From contig OY782041.1 in assembly GCA_963677595.1 (NCBI GenBank), positions 608,001 through 672,000 on the forward strand: a DNA stretch of 64,000 bases, read 5' to 3'. The position numbers were made by a program, and so were the translations under genes. The stretch is from Spirochaetia bacterium (GTDB taxonomy: Bacteria; Spirochaetota; Spirochaetia; CAKZLE01). This document shows positions 19,240-28,087 of this stretch, piece after piece. How positions within the stretch are numbered: the stretch's first letter is position 1; each line of letters starts with the position of its first letter. Under the pieces are notes generated by a model. The model made no database searches. It was not told where the DNA came from and worked only from the letters and a program-made list of their open reading frames with translations.

Positions 19240-20255
19240 CCGTCGATCTCCGATAACTTGACTGGTCGATTCTCTTCAAGCGACTTCAGTGCGGCAAGAG
19301 CGATCACTACCGGCATCCTTCCATCATTACCTGTTACAGGTACCGGGGTATCCTCAGCGACTGCGGTAACGAATGCCTTGAACTCATTGACATATGCTGC
19401 CGTATATCGCTCAACGAAGAACAGCGGATGAAGGTCTTTCTGGATGGCTTTCCCACCGCTGAGTACAACGGTATTCGTATCCATGTTCTTTGCCTCGAGC
19501 ATACCTTCAGACCCGAACGCCTCGATCCTCTGGTCATATCCATAGACAGCCTTTCTGCTGTTGTCAATGATCCCGAGTGCCCCGTTCGCGAACTTCAGGT
19601 TGATCACACAGGTGTCGATATCACCAGCCTTCCCGATCTCGGGGTCAACCAGGACAGCGCCTGCAGCATACACCTCTTCGACTTCACAGCCGGCGATGAA
19701 CCTTACCATATCGAAGTCATGGATGGTCATATCCCTGAACAGGCCGCCTGACCGGCCGATGTACTCGATCGGTGGTGGTCCCGGATCCCGGCTTGCTATC
19801 CTGAGGAAATGCAGCTCGCCGATCTCGCCCCGGTCGATCCCGTCCCGCACTCGTGCGAAGTTCGGGTCGAATCGCCTGTTGAATCCTACCTGCAGCTTGA
19901 CACCGCACTCTTTTACCACAGCAAGGGTCTTGTCGATCTTCGCAAGATCCAGGTCTATCGGCTTCTCACAGAAGATATGCTTCCCGGCCTGCGCAGCAGC
20001 CTGGATATAGTCAGCATGGGTATCGGTACTCGAACAAATGACGACAGCATCAATCTCTGAATCTTCCAGGATATCCTCTATCCGTGATGTAGCCAGGGGA
20101 ACATCGAACTTCTTCGCTACTTCCTCAGCGACTGGAAGATATGCATCGCAGACAGCCTTCACACTCACACCATCGATTCTCTTGGTGAGTGTCTCAACAT
20201 GAAACGAACCAATCCGACCGGTTCCGATTACACCTATATTCAACGTTTGCGGCAT
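19236..20255 (-). CDS. iolG: Inositol 2-dehydrogenase (Gfo/Idh/MocA)
   Basis: GTGRIG, CEKP, GFNRRFDP, SRDPGPPP, SGGLFRDMTIHDFD and YGYDQR motifs. Confidence 0.88.
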   Translation of the reverse strand: MPQTLNIGVIGTGRIGSFHVETLTKRIDGVSVKAVCDAYLPVAEEVAKKFDVPLATSRIEDILEDSEIDAVVICSSTDTHADYIQAAAQAGKHIFCEKPIDLDLAKIDKTLAVVKECGVKLQVGFNRRFDPNFARVRDGIDRGEIGELHFLRIASRDPGPPPIEYIGRSGGLFRDMTIHDFDMVRFIAGCEVEEVYAAGAVLVDPEIGKAGDIDTCVINLKFANGALGIIDNSRKAVYGYDQRIEAFGSEGMLEAKNMDTNTVVLSGGKAIQKDLHPLFFVERYTAAYVNEFKAFVTAVAEDTPVPVTGNDGRMPVVIALAALKSLEENRPVKLSEIDG

Positions 20256-20437
20256 ACACGCCTCCTTGTTTTTTTATGATGTAACTCTAACACCAGCAAC
20301 AGGTACTGTCGATTTTTTTTTATTTCTTCCATAAATTGGTATAAGATATAGATAAGAACCATAATGCTATTAGCCTGATACAGGCTGTTAAGGTTTCCTG
20401 TTGGCTCAGGAAGTTAGGAAGAAGCGAGGTAGAACAG

Positions 20438-21403
20438 ATGGGAAAGCAGAGATTACGGATGAAAGACCTGGTAACGGAGGTGTTTCTCTATCTGTCAAAG
20501 AAGTTCGACCAGAGCAGCCTCGATTCGATCAACCAGCTGGTCGTCCCGATCGAGGAGATCCGCTCCTATCTCAATGAGAAGTACGCCATCTCCTACACGA
20601 GCAACCAGCATATACTCAATCAGTTGAAGAGTTATCAGGAGGAACTCGGGGAACCGCTCTTCAAGAAGATAAAACCGAAGAGAGACTCCGACGACCTCGC
20701 CATCACCCTTGAGAGCCAGCTGAAGAGCTACAAGCAGAAACAGCTGCTCTATATCACGCAGAAACTCAAGATCGCGAATGCTGTCTATGACAAGATCCTT
20801 CACGAGACGGAATTTCAGCCGGTTCGGCCATTGAATATCTTATTGGGAGCCGGTTCCGAGACGTTCTATGTCGCAAAGACCCTGGTTTCGGGGATCAAGG
20901 AACAGGGGATGCAGTTTCGGGTCTACACCCATAACCTGGGAGTCATCAACTACCTCATGGAGGAGCTTCCCCATCTGGGGGGACTGGAACTCTATACCCG
21001 AAATGAATGGATCGACCCGGTCAACAATCTCCTCATAGCTACTGGGGAGGATCATTACCTTACGGTGAAATACGACTACATCATACAGGCCGCGACCTTC
21101 ATCGCCGATAAGAAGCTCTATGTGGAATCCCCGAAGGAGAATATCCAGAAAGGCGATATCCTCAACCACGCACATGGGCAGAAGATCCTCATCCTCACGA
21201 AGCATGAGTTCATCTCCACCCATATCAACAGTATGGAATCGTATGGGACACTGGATCTCTATGATTATGTCATCATCCCGTATTCCAGGGAGACACAGAA
21301 CAGACAGAAGGAGTATTCAGAAATATTGAAAAAATACGTGGGCAGCGTCATCGAACCTGATATCACCCACTACAATTACATGGTGTACAAGATACTGAAA
21401 TAA
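20438..21403 (+). CDS. DeoR/GlpR-type sensor domain protein with an atypical N-terminus (probable regulator)
   Basis: KLKIA...ILLGAGSET...VYTHNL resembles the DeoR C-terminal domain; divergent from iolG. Confidence 0.55.
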   Translation: MGKQRLRMKDLVTEVFLYLSKKFDQSSLDSINQLVVPIEEIRSYLNEKYAISYTSNQHILNQLKSYQEELGEPLFKKIKPKRDSDDLAITLESQLKSYKQKQLLYITQKLKIANAVYDKILHETEFQPVRPLNILLGAGSETFYVAKTLVSGIKEQGMQFRVYTHNLGVINYLMEELPHLGGLELYTRNEWIDPVNNLLIATGEDHYLTVKYDYIIQAATFIADKKLYVESPKENIQKGDILNHAHGQKILILTKHEFISTHINSMESYGTLDLYDYVIIPYSRETQNRQKEYSEILKKYVGSVIEPDITHYNYMVYKILK

Positions 21404-21411
21404 TATGAACA

Positions 21412-21449
21412 AGGCTGCCGTATGACCAGCATTGATCTAACGGCAGCCT
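21412..21449. terminator. Hairpin between convergent genes
   Basis: AGGCTGCCGT...ACGGCAGCCT 10-bp stem. Confidence 0.65.
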
Positions 21450-21471
21450 CTATCTATCTGCATTCAGGACG

Positions 21472-22416
21472 CTATTTTTTCAGTGACTTCGCAGCTTCTA
21501 CGATCTTGGCTGCAGTAAGGCCGAATCGATCCTGCAGGTATCCCTGCTTGCCGACTTCACCGAACTCATCGTTCACTGCTACCCTTCTCATGAGGGTCGG
21601 CAGGTTCTCTGAGAGGTACTCACTTACCGCCCCGCCGAGTCCTCCGATCTTCTGGCCGTTCTCGCAGGTCACGATCGCACCAGTCTTCTTCGCATACTCT
21701 GCCACAAGGGCTTCGTCAAGCGGCTTGACCGTATGCATGTCGATGACAGCAGCACTGATTCCCTCTTCTGCGAGGATCTCCCGTGCCTTGAGGGCTTCGC
21801 TCACCATCACCAGACCTGTGGCGATGAGGGTCACGTCAGTCCCGTCCTCGATGACGATGCCCTTGCCCAGCTCGAAGTTCTGGTCCTCTTTGTAGATGGT
21901 CATGGCGCCTTTCCGGTGCAGCCTCATGTAGACTGGTCCCTGGTGCTCATAGACCTTCTTGGTAAGCTTGTACAGTGACACGGTATCGCAGGGCTCGACG
22001 ACCACCAGTCCGGGGATCACCCGAGTCAGGGTGATATCGCAGAACGGCATGTGGGTCCCACCGTTGAACTGGGCGGTCACTCCCGGGTCAGACCCGACGA
22101 GCTTCACATTCTGCTTCGCATAGTTCACGGATAGGAAGAACTGGTCGAACGCCCGTCGTGTGGCAAAACACCCGAAGGTAGAGGCGAAGGGGATGAACCC
22201 CTGGGAAGCGAGACCGGCAGCGACACCGACCATGTTCGCCTCAGCGACACCGGCATTGATCATCCTCTCAGGGAATTCGGTCTTGAACGCCTTGGTCCCG
22301 TTCGCTGACATCAGGTCAGCATCCATGACGACTACTTTATCATCTTCCTTTGCCAGGTCGATGAGCGTATCGGTATATACCGCTCTCATATCTGCATAGG
22401 TATCTAACTTCTTCAT
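21472..22416 (-). CDS. Transketolase C-terminal subunit (pair 2)
   Basis: DADL, GVAEANMVGVAAG, NGGTHMP and DMHTVKPLD motifs. Start placed at MKKLDTY after a GGGGGAG RBS. Confidence 0.92.
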   Translation of the reverse strand: MKKLDTYADMRAVYTDTLIDLAKEDDKVVVMDADLMSANGTKAFKTEFPERMINAGVAEANMVGVAAGLASQGFIPFASTFGCFATRRAFDQFFLSVNYAKQNVKLVGSDPGVTAQFNGGTHMPFCDITLTRVIPGLVVVEPCDTVSLYKLTKKVYEHQGPVYMRLHRKGAMTIYKEDQNFELGKGIVIEDGTDVTLIATGLVMVSEALKAREILAEEGISAAVIDMHTVKPLDEALVAEYAKKTGAIVTCENGQKIGGLGGAVSEYLSENLPTLMRRVAVNDEFGEVGKQGYLQDRFGLTAAKIVEAAKSLKK

Positions 22417-22417
22417 C

Positions 22418-23245
22418 TTACTTCTCCCCCTGCAGCACTGCGATAGCTTCTTTTGCTGTCTCATAGGTGAATGCCATGCTGTGTGAGCTAACCAACCCTT
22501 CAGCAGGTGCGAACCCCTTTGCCTTGATCGTATCGCAGACGATCATGGAAGGCCGGTCCGTGACCTTCTGGGCATTGTCGATCGCTTTCGCGATGGCTGC
22601 CACGTTATGGCCGTCGATCCTCTGGACATGCCAGCCGAACCCGTTCCACTTGGTGGTAATATCATCGATGCCCATGACATCGGCGGTCTCCCCGTCGATC
22701 TGCATCTTGTTGTAGTCGGTGAAGGCGATCATGTTCCCGAGCTTGTAGTGAGCACCGAACATGGCAGCTTCCCAAACCTGGCCTTCCTGGCTCTCACCGT
22801 CACCGATGATCAGGTAGGTATGTGCGTCGATGCCCTTCATCTTATCTGCAAGCGCGATACCCATCGCAGCTGAGGTTCCCTGTCCAAGAGACCCGGTGGT
22901 GAAATCGATCCCCGGGGTCTGGTTCATATCACAGTGGCTGGGAAGTCTGGTCCCGCCCTGGTTCAGGGTATGCAGCCATTCTTTCGGGAAGAATCCCTTG
23001 TCTGCCAGTACTGCGTAGAGAGCTGGTCCGGAGTGGCCCTTCGAGACGACCAGCTTGTCCCTGGTCTCCATCCTCGGGTTTGCAGGATCCACATTCATCT
23101 TGTCATAATAGAGCACTGTCAGGATGTCGACCACTGACATGGCTCCCCCGATGTGACCGACTCCGAGGTACCCAACCTCATCGATCGTGAGCACACGAAT
23201 ATCCTTCGCTTTCTGCTCTAGGAAGGTCCTTTGTTCTGCTTCCAT
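22418..23245 (-). CDS. Transketolase N-terminal subunit (pair 2)
   Basis: GHIGGAMS, SKGH, TGSLGQG and TPP motif GDGE...N. Confidence 0.93.
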   Translation of the reverse strand: MEAEQRTFLEQKAKDIRVLTIDEVGYLGVGHIGGAMSVVDILTVLYYDKMNVDPANPRMETRDKLVVSKGHSGPALYAVLADKGFFPKEWLHTLNQGGTRLPSHCDMNQTPGIDFTTGSLGQGTSAAMGIALADKMKGIDAHTYLIIGDGESQEGQVWEAAMFGAHYKLGNMIAFTDYNKMQIDGETADVMGIDDITTKWNGFGWHVQRIDGHNVAAIAKAIDNAQKVTDRPSMIVCDTIKAKGFAPAEGLVSSHSMAFTYETAKEAIAVLQGEK

Positions 23246-23498
23246 TTGCCTTGTTCCTCCTCATCGTGAAGCTGCGTAATAGTGTATCACATCTTACACG
23301 ACCGTATGTTGTTCATGGAGAGGTGCCCATACCACCGCCCCAGTTTCTCTATGCATCATCAGCCGATCTTCCAGGTTCATATCGTCCCGGCTTCAGGCAT
23401 CTGCCTGAGTCGCCCCTGGAAAAGCACCGACTGTCTCTGCATCTCCATAAAAGATACAATAATTCGACAGGAAGTTCTACACCTTCTCTGGATACAGC

Positions 23499-23525
23499 GA
23501 AGCCCCCGCAGGATACGGGGGCTTC
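23499..23525 (-). terminator. Hairpin between the two transketolase pairs
   Basis: GAAGCCCCCG-CAGGATA-CGGGGGCTTC 10-bp stem. Confidence 0.65.
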
Positions 23526-23561
23526 AGGAGTTATATATACTTCTTATTCAGAAACTGTCGG

Positions 23562-24509
23562 CTATTGCTTCAGTGACTTTACCGTCTCTACGATATCTTC
23601 AGCCATCAGCTTGTATCGCTTCTGCAGGTAGGCAAGGTCCCCGACCTCGCCGAACTCATCATCGATCCCCATCCGTCTCACCAGTGTGGGGTGGACTTCA
23701 GAAAGATAATCAGCCACAGAAGAGCCCAGGCCGTTGTATCGCTGGGCATTCTCGATCGTGACGACCTTCCCGGTCTTCTTCGCATACTCAAGCACCAACG
23801 CTTCATCCAGAGGCTTTATGGTGTGCATATCGATGACTGCGGCACTGATTCCTTCAGCCTCCAGCAGTTCTGCCGCCTTCACGGCAGCATCCACCATGAC
23901 CAGACCGGTCGCGATCAGGGTCACGTCGGTCCCGTCGGATAACACGATCCCCTTGCCAAGCTCGATCGGTGTCTCATCGGTATACCTGACGGTCGTCCCC
24001 TTCCGCTGGAGCCTCATGTAGGTGGATCCCACGTGGGCTGCTGACTGCTGCGTCAGCTTGTAGCAGGAGACAGAATCAGACGGCTCGAAGACCACGAGAC
24101 CCGGGACCATCTTCATCAGCCCGAAATCCTCGAACGGCATGTGCGTCCCCCCGTTCATCTGGGAGGTGATCCCCGGGTCAGTTCCTACCAGCTTCACGTT
24201 CTGCTTCGCATAGTTCGCCGAGAGGAAGAACTGGTCGAATGCCCTTCTCGAGGCAAAACAGGCAAAGGTATGGGCGAATGGGATCAGCCCCGTGGATGAC
24301 AGCCCTGCGGCGATCCCTACCATATCTGCCTCAGAGATCCCGACGTTGAAGAACCGGTCAGGATACGTCTTCTGGAACCCGCCGGAGTTCACGCAGCCTG
24401 ACAGGTCAGCATCCAGCATCACGATCCGTTCATCATCTGCTGCAAGGTCAGCCACAGCTGCTACGAACGCATCCCTCATATGATCGAATGTGGTAAAATC
24501 TTTTGCCAT
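23562..24509 (-). CDS. Transketolase C-terminal subunit (pair 1)
   Basis: DADL, GISEADMVGIAAG, NGGTHMP and DMHTIKPLD motifs; start at MAKDF. Confidence 0.92.
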   Translation of the reverse strand: MAKDFTTFDHMRDAFVAAVADLAADDERIVMLDADLSGCVNSGGFQKTYPDRFFNVGISEADMVGIAAGLSSTGLIPFAHTFACFASRRAFDQFFLSANYAKQNVKLVGTDPGITSQMNGGTHMPFEDFGLMKMVPGLVVFEPSDSVSCYKLTQQSAAHVGSTYMRLQRKGTTVRYTDETPIELGKGIVLSDGTDVTLIATGLVMVDAAVKAAELLEAEGISAAVIDMHTIKPLDEALVLEYAKKTGKVVTIENAQRYNGLGSSVADYLSEVHPTLVRRMGIDDEFGEVGDLAYLQKRYKLMAEDIVETVKSLKQ

Positions 24510-24513
24510 ATCC

Positions 24514-25344
24514 CTACACCTCACTCTCTAGTTTCTCGATGGCTGCAGCTGCCTGCTCCGCACTGATTCCCATACTGTGGTTGGCCTGGATGCCTTCACC
24601 GAAGCAGTAGCCCTTACTCTTGATCGTGTCAAGCACGATCATCGAAGGCTTGTCAGTCACCTGCTGAGCCGCCTCGATCGCGGCATCAAGCGCCTGGAAA
24701 TCATGTCCGTCGATCTTCTGCACATGCCAGCCGAAGCTCTTCCATTTATCATCAAGCGGGTCCATCCCGATGATGTTGTCGCAGTAGTCGTCAAGCTGCT
24801 GCTTGTTGTAGTCGGTGAAGGCGATCAGTTTCCCCAGCTTGAACTGCGCTGCAGTCATCGCGGCTTCCCAGACCTGCCCCTCCTGGCTCTCACCGTCGCC
24901 GAGGACAAGGTAGGTGAACCGGTCTATCTTCTGGTATCGGTTCCCCATTGCGATACCCACTGCCGCAGATGAACCCTGCCCAAGGGAACCGGTAGTGAAG
25001 TCCACTCCCGGGGTCTTGTTCATATCACAGTGGCTCGGCAGGTTCGTCCCGCCCCTGTTCAGCGTATCGAGCCATTCTACGGGAAAGAATCCCTTGTCTG
25101 CCAGGGTCGCATAGACAGCAGGCCCGGAATGGCCCTTGGAGACGACGAGCTTGTCCCGATCCCGCATCTTCGGGTCCTTCGGGTCGACCTTCATCCATTT
25201 GTGGTAGAGGATCGTCAACAGTTCAACTATCGACATCGCTCCCCCGATATGGCCTGCACCAAGATTCGCGATCTCATCTATCGTCAGCTTCCTGATATCC
25301 TTCGCTTTCTTCTTCAAAGCCGTCACTTCAGCTTCATTCAGCAT
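24514..25344 (-). CDS. Transketolase N-terminal subunit (pair 1)
   Basis: GHIGGAMS, SKGH, TGSLGQG and GDGESQEG...DYN motifs. Confidence 0.93.
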   Translation of the reverse strand: MLNEAEVTALKKKAKDIRKLTIDEIANLGAGHIGGAMSIVELLTILYHKWMKVDPKDPKMRDRDKLVVSKGHSGPAVYATLADKGFFPVEWLDTLNRGGTNLPSHCDMNKTPGVDFTTGSLGQGSSAAVGIAMGNRYQKIDRFTYLVLGDGESQEGQVWEAAMTAAQFKLGKLIAFTDYNKQQLDDYCDNIIGMDPLDDKWKSFGWHVQKIDGHDFQALDAAIEAAQQVTDKPSMIVLDTIKSKGYCFGEGIQANHSMGISAEQAAAAIEKLESEV

Positions 25345-25442
25345 CTATTCTCTCCTTACAACTTGTTCATTCTCTTCTGGTCTATTGAAAGAACAGGCTG
25401 CCCCCCGACGTATCAGGAGACAGCCCGTAGGCGGTTATGGTG

Positions 25443-26699
25443 TTATTTCAAACCTGCTGCTTTCTCCATCGCTGAGATAAGCGGCAGCTTCTTCCCTGAT
25501 ACATACCGGACCATGGCACCTCCTGCGGTGCAGACATAGCTCATCTTCTGTATATCCGTGAATCTGGCAGCAGCGTTCACGCTGTCCCCTCCACCGACCA
25601 CGGTAAATCCTGGGGCATCAGCGATTGCTTTCCAGATCTCTCTCGTCCCCACCTCGAAGGTGGGGTCCTCGAACACGCCCGCAGGCCCGTTCACGAAGAC
25701 TGTTCCGGCTCCATTGATGCTCTCCCGGTAGGAGGCGATCGTCTTCTCGCCGACATCGAGGTACATCAGTTCGGCAGGCATATCTGCTACTGCGATCTCT
25801 TTTCGTTCCCCGTCAGCTTCATAGGCCAGGTCTTCAGGCATCCTGATCTTCCCCGGAAATTTCTCCAGGTACTCCCGTGCAGGTGCTATGAATGTATCCA
25901 GGCCCTTCTTCGCCAGGAACTCATCGACCTTGCTGCCAAGGGACTGTCCCGAGGCGATGAGGAACACTTCCCCCGTCACCCCGCAGGTCAGGATCTCATC
26001 TGCTGTCCCGTTTGATAACACCTGCTCCATCATACCGAACGCATCCGAGATCTTCGCACCTCCAAGCACGAACACCGACGGGTGGGAAGGGGCAGTCATC
26101 ACCTGGTTCAGGGCCGATACCTCGTTAAAGAACAGCGGTCCCGCAGCACTCGGCAGCAGCTCCTGGAAGGCCACCATGCTCGGGCAGTTCCGGTGCGCAG
26201 CCGCGAACGCGTCATTGACGTAGAGGTCGAACAGCGGGGCCAATGATCTCACCAGCCAGGTGTCGAGCATCTCTTCCGGTTTCAGCTTCACCGCATCCTC
26301 GAAGGTCGAGATCTCCTCGCACAGATACCGCAGGTTCCCCAGCAGTACCGCTTCACCCTCATCGAGTGCCTCTACCGCGCTCTGCGCCATCGGCCCGCAT
26401 ACATCGTCGATGTACCTGACCTTCCGGCCGAGTTTCTGACTCAGCTTCTGCGCATGCTCTCTCAACGGGATCAGGTTCTGGTAATCGAGCGTATCCCCCT
26501 GGTGCGCGATCAACGCAAGCTTCGCCCCGTTATCGAGCAGCCACTTCACCGTCGGCACGCTCTTCTCCAGCCGGTTCTCGTTGACTATTGCCTTCGTCTT
26601 CGGGTCCACCGGGGAGTTGATGTCCACCCGCAGCAATACCCGCTTACCCGAGACATCAAATTCCTCCATCGGCTTGAACCCTAACGTATGCTCTTTCAT
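25443..26699 (-). CDS. pgk: Phosphoglycerate kinase-family protein (archaeal-like, altered substrate site)
   Basis: LRVDINSP, NDAFAAAHR, LGGAKISD, NGPAGVFE, GGGDS and CTAGGA motifs; HQGD in place of the usual H(L/Q)GR. Confidence 0.9.
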   Translation of the reverse strand: MKEHTLGFKPMEEFDVSGKRVLLRVDINSPVDPKTKAIVNENRLEKSVPTVKWLLDNGAKLALIAHQGDTLDYQNLIPLREHAQKLSQKLGRKVRYIDDVCGPMAQSAVEALDEGEAVLLGNLRYLCEEISTFEDAVKLKPEEMLDTWLVRSLAPLFDLYVNDAFAAAHRNCPSMVAFQELLPSAAGPLFFNEVSALNQVMTAPSHPSVFVLGGAKISDAFGMMEQVLSNGTADEILTCGVTGEVFLIASGQSLGSKVDEFLAKKGLDTFIAPAREYLEKFPGKIRMPEDLAYEADGERKEIAVADMPAELMYLDVGEKTIASYRESINGAGTVFVNGPAGVFEDPTFEVGTREIWKAIADAPGFTVVGGGDSVNAAARFTDIQKMSYVCTAGGAMVRYVSGKKLPLISAMEKAAGLK

Positions 26700-26709
26700 C
26701 GGTGCTCTC

Positions 26710-27726
26710 TTACTTCATGCCCAGGTACTGGTTCGTTGCTGCCGTCCCCTCTTCCCTGGTCGCCTGCATCCCCATCGCGGCCCTGATCCCGTCTATGTTC
26801 TCCGGGATGACCACGGACTCCTGCGGGATGTTGATCGCGAACATGATGTCATCCCCTGACTTCACGATCGACTCTTCCCACAGCCCGATCTCATACATGT
26901 CACCTCGTGCATTCCCGATATCGCGTGCCCAGCGGAACATCGATGCGTTCCCTAAGAACCCGTCTGCCAGCTTCACCGGCATGATCCGCGGATGGTTGGA
27001 TGCCATCTCCCACAGGTCCTCTTTCGAGATGCCCTTCTTCGGTGTTGCCGTCACCGTGATGATATGCCCGTGGGTCACCGGTGTGTGCACCAGGATACCC
27101 GTACACGGGATATGGGGCATGATCGTCATCAGGTCGAGTGCCTGGTGGCTCGGTGCCTTCTCCACCTGCAGGGCATTGGTCAGCCCTCTATGGTAGTCAC
27201 CCGGGTCTGCCACCCTACGGATGATCGTGATCGCTACTTTCTCGAGTCCGACACTACGGTCGAGCATGTCCACCGCACGGATGAGCCCGGTGGTGTTGCA
27301 GCTCGTGAGCTTCAGGTAGTCTGCACCGATGCCCTGCTCGTAGTTCGCATAGCCGTGGAAGAAGACGTCTGCGATATCATTCTTCTCGCCGCCCTGGAAC
27401 ACGGCCTTGGTGCCATGCTTCACATACAGCTCCTTGTTCCGTGCGCCGATGCCGCCAGGTGAGCTGTCGAGCATGATGTCGCACTCCTGCACGAGTTCCT
27501 CGAAACTCCCTGATACCGGGATCCCGGCATCTTCTAAAGAGGTGTTCTTCGGGTCCACGTTGAACATCTTATACGGCATGCCCCGGTATTTCAGTGCCCG
27601 CACCGAGATCGTCGGGGCTATGTCGGCAACACCTACGAGCTCCATGTCTCCCTGGGCCGCAACTCCGTCTGCCAGTCGCTGCCCGATCACGCCGTATCCT
27701 GCTACTCCTACTTTGATCTTGCTCAT
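26710..27726 (-). CDS. gap: Class II (archaeal-type) glyceraldehyde-3-phosphate dehydrogenase-family protein
   Basis: GYGVIGQRLADG, FQGGEK, SCNTTGL, RRVADP and QESVVIPENIDGIRA are class II GAPDH hallmarks. Start MSKIK follows GGAGGGAG. Confidence 0.9.
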   Translation of the reverse strand: MSKIKVGVAGYGVIGQRLADGVAAQGDMELVGVADIAPTISVRALKYRGMPYKMFNVDPKNTSLEDAGIPVSGSFEELVQECDIMLDSSPGGIGARNKELYVKHGTKAVFQGGEKNDIADVFFHGYANYEQGIGADYLKLTSCNTTGLIRAVDMLDRSVGLEKVAITIIRRVADPGDYHRGLTNALQVEKAPSHQALDLMTIMPHIPCTGILVHTPVTHGHIITVTATPKKGISKEDLWEMASNHPRIMPVKLADGFLGNASMFRWARDIGNARGDMYEIGLWEESIVKSGDDIMFAINIPQESVVIPENIDGIRAAMGMQATREEGTAATNQYLGMK

Positions 27727-27880
27727 CCGCTCTCCCTCCATATACTATGATTCCGTTATTGGTTACCTCATAAAAGCAATCATTTCACTCGTTGTATTCA
27801 GTATGGGGACTATGGGTACACCCAAATGGTTGGTCACATCAGACCATTTCAGAAGTGACCTTCTTCATAATCTCTGCATA

Positions 27881-27931
27881 CTGTACTAACATCAGACATT
27901 CTGACTATATCATAAAATGACGAAAAGTCAA
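27881..27931 (-). promoter_or_regulatory. sigma70-type promoter of the gap-pgk-tkt operon, with a downstream candidate iol operator
   Basis: On -: TTGACT-16-TATAGT with a TGn extension, then AATGTCTGATGTTAGTACAG (15/20 match to the iolD-promoter motif). Confidence 0.6.
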
Positions 27932-28022
27932 TGAAGAATTTTCATTCAATCTAAACTCTGCTCCAATCCACATTATGAGTATTTCAACACCTTGCTAATA
28001 AAGAGTCTGAATCAAATCTCTA

Positions 28023-28051
28023 TTGCAATGGTGCTAGTATCATCATATAAT
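28023..28051 (+). promoter_or_regulatory. sigma70 promoter of the oxidoreductase at 28088, overlapped by a partial iol motif
   Basis: TTGCAA-17-TATAAT; contains TATCATCATATAAT. Confidence 0.6.
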
Positions 28052-28087
28052 CTGAAGATACAGTTACACTTTGAGGAGTGAAAAAAA

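Noticed and set aside
23251-23761. ORFs in the gap between the two transketolase pairs
   Set aside because: They are antisense to the operon, overlap tktC and the hairpin, and lack motifs or an RBS.
21472-27726. Sulfoquinovose (sulfo-TK) pathway as the explanation for the split transketolases plus TauE
   Set aside because: No sulfoquinovosidase or SQ isomerase was recognised, and the operon shares the iol motif. It remains a weaker alternative.
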